Source of the DNA: Octopus sinensis
Taxonomy: Eukaryota
Assembly: GCF_006345805.1 (NCBI RefSeq)
Contig: NC_043011.1
Location: 49,364,464-49,428,463, forward strand
DNA: 64,000 nucleotides
Direction: 5' to 3'
Shown: positions 26,401 through 39,479 of the stretch, in pieces
Layout of the letters: the number at the start of each line of letters is the position of its first letter
How positions within the stretch are numbered: position 1 is the stretch's first letter
Position numbers and translations under genes: made by a program
The notes under the pieces: model-generated
The model's input: the letters and a program-made list of their open reading frames with translations, nothing else
Told to the model about the DNA's origin: nothing
The model's database searches: none

Positions 26401-27084
26401 CCCTCAACGTCAGCTCCTCTTTTTTCTTATAGTAATATAAAGTAATAGAGGTTATTACAGTTATAAACACATACAGGCACACGCACACACATACACACAA
26501 CGACACACACGTTATTGTGTGTGTTGTTACATTACACATGGCATACCTACAGAATAGTGCCTCACCGAATTTTTTTCTTCCTATATGTTTAGGCAAAATG
26601 AGTATTTTCAAATGAAAAGATGCACAAATATGCTGAAATGAGATAGGAAAATAAACAGCTGACCTCATAAATTCTGATGTGAAATACGTGAAACAAAGGA
26701 AAAATCGGTGGAGTGAAATCTAAGATACAGTTTCTATTCTGAAGGTATGCAGCGAATAAAATGGATGTAATCTACGATTCCTATTTTGAAGCTAGGCAGC
26801 GGAAAAAAGAAAGCTGATCTTCTACAGAAATAAATATAGAACTAATACAAAATAACACTTATTAAGTAATACTTATAGCAATATGAAGTAATGGGGACTA
26901 TTACAGTTATACACACCCCACATACACACACACACATGTTATTATCTATATCGTTATATTACACATATGGCATACCTACAGAAGAGTGCCCCATCGTATT
27001 TTGAAATGAAATCAAAAAATATAATAATCCTATAAATATTATGTCCCTTAGGCAGGTTATATATTTTTGATTTGGTTTTATTTG

Positions 27085-28630
27085 GTTTCCCAGTAATCCT
27101 CCTCCAATTGTGTAAACGCGCCCTGGCTGGCAAAACCACTACAGATTTCCTTTCAGTGTTTTCTCGCAAATGGCAAGCTGCCAAGCAAACTGAAGGAGGG
27201 AATAATATGCCGAATCCATAAAGGAGGAAGCAGAACAGATGCTAAAAATCACACATCAGCAAAGTCATAGAACGAATAGTGAAGGAAATTAATTGCTTTC
27301 CTTGAAGTAAACGACTTGTTGAATGATACCCAGCATGCTTTTCGACTATGTAGGAACTGTCTGGCACAGCTTCTACAGCACTATTACTGAGTTTTGAAGC
27401 AGTTACTCGACAACGTAAATGTGGACGTAATATACCGTGATTTTGCAAAAGCTTTTGATAAAGTTGATCATGATATGATATACTACAAACTACGCGATTT
27501 TTGGCATAACAGGGAAACTTGGAGAGTGGTTACACGACTTTCTGATTGATAGAAGTCAGGCATTGGTGGCCAATGGAGCCACCTGAAAGAAACATAAATA
27601 ATTAGTGGTGTTCTACAGGGCACTGTCTTGGGACCATTGCTTTTCATAGTGGCCTTTTCAGATATGCCGTCAGCTGCACGAATAGCCACCCTTTCTAGCT
27701 ACGGAGACGATACAAAACCCTAGCGATGTCGCATGCCTGAAGGAGTTGGACACAATTTATAGATGGGCTAAAGACAATAATATGCAGTTTAATGTAGTAA
27801 AATCCCAAGCCCTGCGCTACCAGCACCCAAAATTGGCCCAAGGTATTACAATCCCAGAACCTAAATTAGTTTGTGATCTGGGTACCGACATGAGTGGTGC
27901 ATTACCAAGAAGGCTACAAAGTGCAGACAGCTGGCTGGATCCTGAGAACCTTCAAACCCAGAGAGAAGGAAAACATGATGGTTTTCTGGAGGACTTTCGT
28001 CCTCAGCCCCCTGGACTATTAATCCCATCTATGGTCACTCCACAGTGTAAAACTAAGAGCGAACCTTGAAGCAATCCAGCGAAGCTTCACTTAGAAGATC
28101 GTCTCCTTATAGCAGCTCAGCTACTTGGAAAGGCTGAAACAACTAAGTCTCTGCTCCCTGGAGTGAAAGCGGGAGAGATATGCAGTAACATACATCTTGA
28201 AGATCCTAGAACGGGTTGTGCTAAATTTTGGAATTGAAAACTACTCACATTCCAGAATGAGTCGCCACTGCACAGTGTCAAAGATCCCAACAATGCCGTC
28301 GCACTTCAGGACCAGTTACTGCAACAGCCTGGGTTTCAAGGGCCCACAACTTTTTAATATTCTCCAAATGAGCCTGACGGATCTACACAAAGTGGATGTA
28401 GGCGTTTTCAAATCAAAACTGGACCTCTCCCTGTTTAGAGTCCCAGATGAACCTACTTCAGATGAACTAGATGAACCTACCCAGATGAACCAGTAGGAGG
28501 CGCAAATGAGGCAGCGATATCAAACTCCTTTATTCAACAAACGTTGAGGAGGCTCCCACTAATAACAGTATAGCAAAGCGGTGGTGTCCCAGTATGGCCG
28601 TTGCTTTGAGCTGAAACCGATAAGAAAAAT
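27085..28630 (+). mobile_element. CR1/L2-group LINE, 5'-truncated, decayed RT plus 3' end
   Basis: IHKGGS, QHAFR, DVIYRDFAKAFDKVDH, SGVLQGTVLGPLLF, YGDDTK, FKSKLDL..VPDEP motifs across frameshifts. Confidence 0.92.
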
Positions 28631-28674
28631 GTTTTGTTAATTAGATAAAAAATCATTCCCTAAGGCCCTTCATT

Positions 28675-29073
28675 TACTCTCTACTCTTTTACTTGTTTCA
28701 GTCATTTGACTGCGGCCATGCTGGAGCACCGCCTTTAATCGAGCAAATCGACCCCGGGACTTATTCTTTGTAAGCCCAGTACTTATTCTATCGGTCTCTT
28801 TTGCCGAACCGCTAAGTGACGGGGACGTAAACACACCAGCATCGGTTGTCAAGCAATGCTAGGGGGACAGACACAGACACACAAACATATATATATATAT
28901 ATATACATATATACGACAGGCTTCTTTCAGTTTCCGTCTACCAAATCCACTTACAAGGCATTGGTCGGCCCGGGGCTATAGTAGAAGACACTTGCCCAAG
29001 GTGCCACGCAGTGGGACTGAACCCGGAACCATGTGGTTGGTTAGCAAGCTACTTACCACACAGCCACTCCTGC
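28675..29073 (-). mobile_element. SINE family A, full length
   Basis: Near-identical to 19628-20021. Confidence 0.93.
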
Positions 29074-29427
29074 GCCTATTTACTGTTAATTTGGAAGTGG
29101 CATATAAAAATTAGGGTCCTTAGACCTTTCATTTATTTATTGTTAATTTGTAAGTGACGTATAAAACTAACCGCCCTTACACCCTTCATTTATTTTGGAA
29201 ATGCGATTTTGTACTTGTTGGAAAAGAGCCAACGGCTCTCTTCGGAGGGACGCCAAAAACTCGGGACCACCTCCGTTGTTTTCTTCGTGAAATTTTACGC
29301 AAGAATTAGCTTTTAGTGTTTATTTCCACGCTGTAGTTTTTCTCCCTATATTCGGACACACACAGACACACACATGCACACACACACACACGTACATACA
29401 TACGTACATACATACATACACACATAC

Positions 29428-29492
<65 letters not shown>

Positions 29493-29601
29493 AGTAGTTG
29501 AATGAATTATCTTATTATGGATAATTCGGTTAACCGATACCTGGGTAGCAAATTCACGTCAGAAAAACACGGTTGAAGCTACATCTTGATGCTGTCATAA
29601 G

Positions 29602-29700
29602 TTCCTTGTTTTTCCTGATGAGAAGGCGGCATAATGCACCCCTTATTCCTTCGAAATTAGGAATATGCAGCCTTCGAAACATATGTCGAGAATAAAGGAA
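29602..29700 (+). ncRNA. Type I hammerhead ribozyme with intact core, in a PLE pLTR remnant
   Basis: CTGATGA 29615-21; stem II GAAGGC/GCCTTC; GAAAC-ATAT-GTC 29676-87; stem I 11 of 13 pairs (29602-14 with 29688-700). Confidence 0.88.
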
Positions 29701-29736
29701 TTTTGTTAATTCGTCGTTCAACTCCATTCTTTCATT

Positions 29737-29766
<30 letters not shown>

Positions 29767-29767
<1 letters not shown>

Positions 29768-30401
29768 TAGCATTATGACCCGTCTTTGCCGGATCATAGT
29801 GCTAGTGCATGTATATATGTGTATATATATATGTGTACATATTACATGTACATCTATATATATACATCTACACATAACATACAAAATACAAAGTTATATC
29901 TTGATATCGCTAGTGATAACAATACTGAAAATATATAACAGACTGGAATTGTAGAACTATTCAATTTCTGCACGCTAATTTTATTTTTTATTTATTCCCA
30001 TTCATGTGAAACCACTTATTCAAGTTCAAATCCTTGATGCAATTTTATACCAATTGCTATTTTTACTTTTGTTATGTTACGATTATATTATACTTTAGTT
30101 TGATTTTAATTATTACTTACTACATATAATTCAATTGTTATTATTATTTTTATTGTTAAAGTGAAAGCATCTGACATAAAATAGAGAAAAATTTTTGTTT
30201 CACTTGAAATAGTGGAGAAGATATGATATTGTTATGGGATCGCTCTAGGCAAGAAGTTGAACTTTTTTTTTGCCCATGAAACTACATGGACCCTATGTAA
30301 GGCATGTGTAAATTTTGAATGAAATTGGTTGTGCAGTTCTCAAGTTTTAGGGAAACACACAGACAGACAGACACACATTCTCAGTTTTATATATATAAAG
30401 A
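29767..30401 (-). mobile_element. Non-autonomous Helitron
   Basis: Minus strand starts TCTTTATATATATAAAACTGAGAATGTGTGTCTGTCTG and ends CCGGCAAAGACGGG hairpin + CTAG. Confidence 0.82.
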
Positions 30402-31293
30402 TATATATATATATAAAGATATATATATATATATATAAATACTTACATATATACATTAACTAGGAGCATTTTTGTTTGAAAGCGGTCACACACTAGGAGA
30501 AAACCTTCTTCCAAAATAGTTTAGGAACATCCGGATAAAAGATTTTATAACTCTTTTAAAAAGTATTTGTTTTAAACAGTCCCTTTTATATGTGAGCGTG
30601 CGCGCACTTGTATGTGTGTGTGTGTGTGTGTGTGTAATAACTGCTAGATAACTATTGGTACTTCGTTAGCACTCGGTTCAGACTATCGCCAAGTAGTCAC
30701 GATGTGTCGCGACAGCTCTCCCAGGAGAGGTTAGCTAATCGTCTTAATCGAAGAATAATTAATAATTAATACTATTAACGCAAAAAAAAGCAACACAAAC
30801 AAAAACTAAACAAAATTGTGCTCACTCATGTGATTAGAATAGTTTAAACAATAAACAACAGAAAGTCGCCGTCGATTATTCCTTCTTCGTTGGTGATGAT
30901 AACTAGAGATACAACACGACAGTTTCTTACTTTTCAATATTATCAGCTGACGCATAACTTTTTCCGTATTTGCTGAATTTGTAACGATTTAAACTTTATA
31001 GGTTAGTTGGTTAGTGTCAATCCTATGATTTATGGTCATGCTGGGGCACTTCCTGGAAGTGTATTGTTCGATCATGTCAACTAATTTCACAATTTATTAT
31101 AGTGGTAGTTTGTTACATGCAATATCGATCCAATGTTCCCAAAATCGCAGCTTTGGTGTATTTCAATTTTACTGTTGTAGCTTAAAACATAGGAAGCGGT
31201 GCTTTCTAGTAAACAATCTGCAATAGAATATACGATTATAAGTCAACTTGATTAAAGCCAAACTAGGGTTAAGAGACAACAGCAACAAAGGGT

Positions 31294-31727
31294 GGAGGCG
31301 CAATGGCCCAGTGGTTAGTGTAGCGGACTGGTTAGGAGTGGTGGCAGAAACGTTAGCACGCCGGGCGAAATGCTGAGCGGTATTTCGTCTGCGTTACGTT
31401 CTGAGTTCAAATTCCGCCGAGGTCGACTTTGCCTTTCATCCTTTCGGGGTCGATAAATTAAGTACCAGTTACGCACTGGGGTCGATGTAATCGACTTAAT
31501 ACCTATGTCTGTCCTTGTTTGTCCCCTCTGTGTTTAGCCCCTTGTGGGTAATAAAGAAATAGGACTGGTTAGGAGTGGTTAGGGCAGCGGTTTCGATTCC
31601 CAGACCGGGCATTGTGAGAGTTTATTGAGCAAAACACCTAAGCTCCATGAGGCTAAGGCGGGCCGGGATAGTGAACCCCTTGGTACTTTTTCACCACAAA
31701 TTTCTCTCACTCTTTCTACCTACTTCT
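31294..31727 (+). mobile_element. SINE family B with a family C SINE (31343-31561) nested in its head
   Basis: 18-bp TSD GGACTGGTTAGGAGTGGT at 31325-31342 and 31562-31579. Confidence 0.88.
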
Positions 31728-32041
31728 GCCACAAAGCAGTGGAACCATGGTATAATCCACTATGGTGTGGTAAACTTACAGACCCTAGTCTAGATTGCGA
31801 ATCCTCTGTACCCCAGGATGGTTCAGCTCTCCACCCGTTAAAAGCCAACGTTTACGGAATGAGGATAACAACGTAGCTTTCGCGTCCGTGCAACCACCAG
31901 TCTATCGTGTGTGGTGGGTGGATCTTCAAGTTGCCACACGCATTCTTAGTAGCTTAGAGCAGGCTCGAATTAGAGATTGTTCTTTGTGGCTAATGGCGTG
32001 AGTCCTGATTGGAAAAAGGAGTCAACAAAAAAGAAGAGTAG

Positions 32042-32166
32042 TACAGTTCTATATTTAAGAGATGAGGAATTATGTACATTATTTACGTTATTTACACGAA
32101 CATATGGCGTAGTGGTTAAGAGCGTGGACTACTAACTCCAAGTTTCCGAGTTCGATTCCAGGCAGT

Positions 32167-32228
<62 letters not shown>

Positions 32229-32801
32229 TAATAATAATATATGCCCTGATGCAGTACCAGGCAGTGGCTCTCATGGCTTCTGATCTTAACTAATTCGAAG
32301 TGTTATCATATACATTGTTTTGTCTTGGTATAAAAGATGGGCTACAGCAAATATTCTGCTCAATACCACAATTTGCTTGTTAGTTGTTTGACCTTAACCA
32401 GTTGAGCATGTCCCTTGGTCGCTGACGATATGTGCATCTCTGATCACGTGCAGAAGTAGTGGGGGAGTATCATAGCCATATGTTGAGAGGGATTCTTTGG
32501 GGTTTGAATAATTCACCTTTGGAAACATGGGTGTTTCGTTCAACATTCTTAAACAACCCTTATTCAGGGACCATTTGAGCGGGATGGGTTACTCAACCAG
32601 AAGAAAATTCTAAGTGGGCCCCACCTGCAAGGTCATGACCGTTTATCTTGATATGAGATCACCATGTCGCGCACATATGTTTGTGCTGCAGATGCCTAGT
32701 GTACTCTTATCAGACGGGTAGTCATGACGGGTATACTGGGCTTCGCATATTTCACCCCAGCGTCACTCTGATGGCATGCACCGCTCTCTCACTCAATAAT
32801 G

Positions 32802-32891
<90 letters not shown>

Positions 32892-33026
32892 TCGAAAAAT
32901 ACCTTAGGAATGAAAACCCAGGTTCGAAATTTCCCCAACACATCTGATGAAGGCTTGTGGGTATATCAGCCGAAACAAGATGAGGACAAATACCTGTCAA
33001 ATGTAAATGATGTAAATAATGTAAAT
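32042..33026 (+). mobile_element. Composite element: inverted terminus, tRNA-like head, (AAT)n array (hosting a family D copy) and hammerhead-like 3' part
   Basis: 12-bp direct repeat AAAGAAGAGTAG at 32030-41 and 33027-38; 22-nt inverted termini; A and B boxes at 32105-32160; CTGATGA-AGGCT..AGCC-GAAAC at 32945-78. Confidence 0.65.
32241..32794 (+). mobile_element. Family D TAA-associated element, full length
   Basis: ATGCCCTGATGCAGTACCAGG .. CTCTCTCACTC between (AAT)n arrays. Confidence 0.9.
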
Positions 33027-33585
33027 AAAGAAGAGTAGCTTGTATAACATAGTCGTGGATACACACAATGAAATGTAACTTCCACCTGACAAATTTTTTT
33101 TTCCGAAACGTCAGCTTTCTCTCTTTACGTACTGCGTTTGAATGGAACAAAACACTTGAAGACAAGACACGCTATCTGAATAAAACAAAGGATGTTCACG
33201 TACGGAACATCTTTTATTAGAGGTCTATTAGATCAGCGCTTACCTAAAGCTCTATAACAATGACAAAACCAATAACAACAGCAACACCGGGACAACAGTC
33301 GCTGCAATAGCGGGAGAGGTACAAAAACAATATATAAACAATTTTGTCAGTTTCCTTCACTTCCTCCGCTAAGTGCGCATTACGTCATGTCTACGTCATA
33401 CATTATGGTAAATGATATTTAAATGTCTGTTTGTCGCGAAGCGTGACAGACTGAGATACTTTTGGCAAGATTCCATCACAGAAAGTACCACCAAATGATA
33501 CAGAAAAGCCAAGGTCAAATTATTTGGTTCTATAGCCAGGACATTAGTTTTTCCATAGTATTAACAAATGGCTTCACCTCTTTTG

Positions 33586-33663
<78 letters not shown>

Positions 33664-33893
33664 TTCTCTTTCTCTCTCCCTCGGCCGCTCTCTCTCCCCT
33701 TCTCTCTTACATCCACATACACACATGCACGCACGCACATATAAATGTATACGTGCATGTATATACTTATATATCTTTATACATACTTTACATATATACA
33801 TATATATATGTATATGTATGTATATATATAGTATAAATATATATATATGTATGAATATATATATATACGTATGTATATATACATATATACATT

Positions 33894-33925
<32 letters not shown>

Positions 33926-33961
33926 CATATATAGATTTATGTATATATATATATAAATATG

Positions 33962-33995
<34 letters not shown>

Positions 33996-34027
33996 CATAT
34001 ATATATACATATATATACATACATACA

Positions 34028-34086
<59 letters not shown>

Positions 34087-34887
34087 TACAGAGAGAGAAA
34101 TGCGTGTGTATATATATGTGCATGTACATTCAAACAGGTGTGTATGTATGTATGTATGTATGTATGTATGTATGTATGTAGGTGTGTGTGTGGATATGTA
34201 AGACGCTCACATAAATCAATATCTAAGTTACTTTAAAAGTCCAAGTTCAGCTGTCAAATCTAGAAAGTCTCGAGTTTCTTGGCAAGACGTTGTTACATGA
34301 CTGGCTATTTCTTAGACCACAAAAAATTGTTTATAGCTGTCATGCGTGTATATATATATATACATTGATATGTGTGTGTGTGTGAACGTGCGTGTGTTTG
34401 TGTGTGTGTGTGTACACCTAACCGTACGCAAGCATGTGTATGTGTGCAGAAAACGTACATACATATGTACGTACAGAAATATATGTACTCGTTTGTTCTG
34501 CCTCTGTCTCTATTTTTTTCCTCGGATGTCTGTCTCTGCTTTTGTCTCTCCATATATGTGTGTGAGTGTGTGTGTGTGTGTCTGTGCGTGTGTGTGTGTG
34601 TGTGCGTGTGTATGCGTATATGTTTACGTATTTTTATATATTTCTATACATATATATAATATATATATATGTATATACACATATATATGAATATATATAT
34701 ATACATACAGACACACATATATATATATATATATAATATATATATTATATATATATACAATATATATATGTGTGTGTGTGTGTTTGCTTGTACATATATA
34801 TGTATACATACATAGACAGACAGATATATATATATATATATGCAGAGAGAGAGGGAGAGAGAGATGTAGATAGATAGATAAAGAGAG

Positions 34888-34978
<91 letters not shown>

Positions 34979-35486
34979 AAGAAACGTATAAATCATGAAC
35001 AGATAGGAATAGCAGATATGTACGTACGTAGGTACATACATACATATATACATACATACATACATACATATATACAAGATGCACATATAATAATTGTGTG
35101 GGTATGTGTGTTTCAATATATGTGAGCGTTTGTGCGTGCGTATATATGTATATGTAAGAATACGTATGCAGAAGACTTACTAATGGCCAAGTTGATTGGT
35201 TAATAGCTGTATCTGCCACAATAGTCGCTGGTTCAGCGTCTGGTTAGTGGCTATTCACATGAAGTGTGTCAGAGGTCAAATCGATTGGCCCTAAAATGAC
35301 CATGTCCAGAGTGATGTCATTAGACTTCAAATTTCCTGTGTCTGTTTAAATGTTCAAAGTTCTGACATGACTTATTGATATTAAACATGATTGTTTCCTA
35401 GACTATTAACTTCAGCTATTTAATGTATATATGAATATAATAATTATATACATACATACATCTATACAGACATACAGACATACAAA

Positions 35487-35533
<47 letters not shown>

Positions 35534-35534
35534 G

Positions 35535-35704
35535 TAAACGCTAAGTAACCCCGTTACTTAGCGGTTCGGCAAAAGAGACCAATAAAATAAGTACTGGGCT
35601 TACAAAAGAATAAGTCCCAGGGTCGAGTTGCTCGATTAAAGGCGGTGCTCCAGCATGGCGGCAGTCAAATGACTGAAACAAGTAAAAGAGTAAAGAGTAA
35701 AGAG
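35535..35704 (+). mobile_element. SINE family A 3' half
   Basis: Direct match to the family A tail. Confidence 0.9.
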
Positions 35705-35714
35705 AATATATATA

Positions 35715-35977
35715 CGAGGTGGTATCAAAAAGTTCCCCGACTAGATATACTCATTATTCATTTACTTGTTTCAGTCATTTGACTGTGGCCACGCTGGAGC
35801 ATAGGCTTTACTCGAGCAAATCGACCCCAGGACTTATTCTTTATTAGCCTAGTACTTATTCTATCGGTCTCTTTTGCCGAACCGCTAGCTTACGGGGTCG
35901 TAAACACACCAGCGTCGGTTGTCAAGCCTTGTTGGGGGGTGGGGGCAAACACAGTCACACAAACATATACTCACACA

Positions 35978-36011
<34 letters not shown>

Positions 36012-36950
36012 ACACACACACCACACACACACCACACATATATATATAATATATATATATATATACATATATACGACGGGCTTCTTCAGTTTCCGTCTAC
36101 CAAATCCACTCACAAGTCTTTGGTCGGCCCGAAGCTATAGTAGAAGACATTTGCCCAAGGTGTCACGCAGTGGGACTGAACCCGGAACCATGTGGTTCGT
36201 AAGCAAGCTACTTACCACAAAAAAACATCAACTCCTTCGAAATAGTCACCTCTTGCACCAATACATCGCTCCTATCCTTCCTTCCATGTTTGGAATCCGG
36301 CCTGAAAATCGTTTTCCATAAGCTAGTCGAGAACCTTCTGCGATTCGCTCTGGATCTCAATAATGGTACTAAAACATTCTGGGGTAGTGATGGAAGTCTG
36401 CAGGTGCTAAATCTGACGAATAGGTTGAGCGTGGAAATGATACCATGTTGTTTTGTGCAAGAAACTCACGAATGAAGAAAGCACGATAACGGTTGATTGT
36501 CGTCGTGAAGAATCCAATTATTCGCGTTCCCCAAATCCGAATCCCCCCCCCCACGCAAGTGCTTCAAAACTTCGCAGTAGAACTCTCAATTGACGGTCTG
36601 GATGTGCTGCGGTGTGTATTCTCGTTGCACAATATCACATTTCCGGAGGTGAAGCTTGTGGTAGATCTTCCATATCGCTCGTAGCCATCCTAGGATGTTC
36701 TTCCGCTTTTGTAGTGACTGTGTCACTCGAATCGAAACATTGCGTACGACCCATTGCCACGTCGCCGTAATCTTGTCTAAGCATTCTCAATGTTTGTAGC
36801 AGACTTCTCAAGTTTAACGCAAAATTTCACGTTCCTCTATGTTCCTGTCTTTGACAAAATCGCATATTTCAGCATACACGTGATCACACAAACACAAATT
36901 TCACAACTTGCGAAGTAAGCAGAGCGATGTCATTCGACACACTGCTTCAT
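35715..36950 (-). mobile_element. Mariner-family transposon remnant, internally deleted, with a SINE A (35757-36218) inserted
   Basis: TA|CGAGGTGGTATCAAAAAGTT TIR-like end; minus-strand REFLAQNNM..YSSDLAPADFH and N-terminal NVKFCVKL motifs. Confidence 0.8.
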
Positions 36951-36985
36951 AGAGGTGTGTGTGTGTGTATATATGTATATATATT

Positions 36986-37020
<35 letters not shown>

Positions 37021-37032
37021 ATATATATATAT

Positions 37033-37063
<31 letters not shown>

Positions 37064-39479
37064 ATGTATGTATGCACGAAATATAGAGGTATTTTATGTT
37101 ACTACAATTATAATCTGATAAGAGCGATGATCTGATTGTTTTATAGCAATATATGTGCGTGTGTGTTTGTATGTGTATATATATATATATATATATATGT
37201 ATATGGATGTATATATGTATACATATATATAGGTATATATGTGTATGTAATGTGTGTGTATGTAATGTGGCAGTCCTGGTCAGGGCGAATATTACTGTAA
37301 TTTAGCCCCAGGAAACATCGTCTCCATTTGGCTATACAATACATTCGTGTATGTGTATGTATGTAAGTATGTATGTATATATGCATACATAAGTATATAT
37401 ACACACATGTACATATAGATGGATATATTTATACATATGTATGAATATATATTATTTATATGAATGTTTGCATGTGTGTACATATGTATGTTTGTATATA
37501 TGAATGTACGTATGCTGAGTCATAGCTGTTTCTTTTATTTTCAAAAGAAAGGTTCCACTATTTTATTTGTCAAAATATTTCAGATGAATTACTTTTACAA
37601 GAATGAGTCCTAGAATTTTATTCACATATGAAGATAGTTCGATCCACTTGATACCGATATGCTCTAATCTTTTGGTTCAGATATGCCCTCCATTTAACAG
37701 ATCCAGCGGTCGGTATAACATCTAGCAACAGTCTAATGATTTCCACCATCGCATAGCCCGAAATGGTATATAGCAATGTTATATATATATATAAATGGAA
37801 CAAAATCGCAATAGAAGTGCATTAAAACATTCGGACGGATAGACGATACTAAGGCGGACAAGTGAAAAAACAATTAGAAGGACAGGTCAAAAAAAGACAG
37901 GTTATTCGTGGCTTTCTTTCCACAGTCAAGTTCCAGAAGTGACGACCATTTCGGGCAGTTACACTTGAGATGGTTCGATCTAGTTGCCCCCAAAAATGTC
38001 TAAGCTAAGAGAATTAAACCCCTTTGTAAGAAAGCTAGCGAATGTGAACGGCAACAAGCACAAAAAAAAACAAATAAACAAAAGAAAAAACGGAGAACAT
38101 GGTACACAAGTACGAATACAAACAACAAGAAATAACAACATAAATATATATATATAATTTTATTTATATCTATACTATATATTTTGATCTCCAAGCATCA
38201 TTAGATATCCTAAGTGTGTTTAACAGGAGACTGATCAGAACTAAAACTTTTTTTTTCTTCTTTCGTAACAAACAGAATCTAAGTTCTCCTTCATCATTCA
38301 GTATCGGCGACGAATCACCCACGACATCAAAGTGCAGTCGTAGGTAAAACTCTTATCGGAAAATAACGATTCAGTTACTTATACTTGCATGTCTTTTTAC
38401 TCCATGCCACAAATGATTTTCCCAAGTGAAAGACAAGTCTGGTGCAACTTGTAACCAGCTTCCAAGCAGGTGTTTTCGTCAGGCCGTAGAAAACCGGAAT
38501 ACGTAGTCCAATGCATCCCATTCAACGATCTAACAATTTCCCCGATTCATTGCCCTGGTCTGTTGCTTTTTTATAGACTCCCGGAAGTTTAACTCCACTA
38601 GAATTGAACCCAGCGCTCAAATTAACGCTAATTGCTCATAAACCCCACCTGCTTTTCCTTTCTCTTATACACACATATATATATATATATATATATACAG
38701 TTTGATACTTAAATGTGTAAAGAGACAGACACAGGGTTCGCTAGATAGGCTGAAGGAAAGGGAGAGATAGTGTGTGTGTCTATGTGTGGACGAGAGAGAG
38801 GGGAGAGAGAAATATACAGCTAGAGAGATAAGTTTCTTTATTGGCCACACAGGGCTGCACACAGATGGGACAAATTACAAGGTAGAGCTTTTCTTTTGTG
38901 GGATGAAAAAAAAACACAAAAAAAAACAAAAAACAAAAGAAACAAAAAAAAGTGGTGTAGGTTTTCGATCAAAAGGGATCGTAAAAGGGGAAAAAGAAAA
39001 AAAAAGCAAGCCAGACAGGTAGACACGGAGGATTAAGGGGTTAAAGTGTTGCGCTTACGATCGTGAGTTCATGGTTTCAATTCCCAGACCGGCTGCGCGC
39101 TGTGTCCTTGAGCAAAATACTTCATTTCCTTTTGCTCCTGTCCATTCAGCAGTAGGTAGGTAAACATGTGCCAGATTGCTTTAAAATGACAAGATGGTGA
39201 CAGGGAGAAATCTGTCGAGCGGAGGTCTCACAAGTCACATTATGTATTCCGTGATCGAAGAGATGAATCGCACAGCCTGTACATATGTGGAGCTCGACTG
39301 TTTGAGATTGGTTGTTCAACCACATCGATGGATGATGAAGTTTATTAAAATAATCATTATGAGTTTATTGTACATGGTATTCAGGTGCTTTACAACACAT
39401 CTGAAATGGGTATAAGAAGGGGCGGAAAGCAGAAACAAATCAGGTATCGGAAGACAGGATTAATTACCCAAATTGCAGG

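Noticed and set aside
37756-37957. 12-bp inverted repeat GCCCGAAATGGT / ACCATTTCGGGC
   Set aside because: Too short and isolated to assign; no convincing ribozyme or TIR context.
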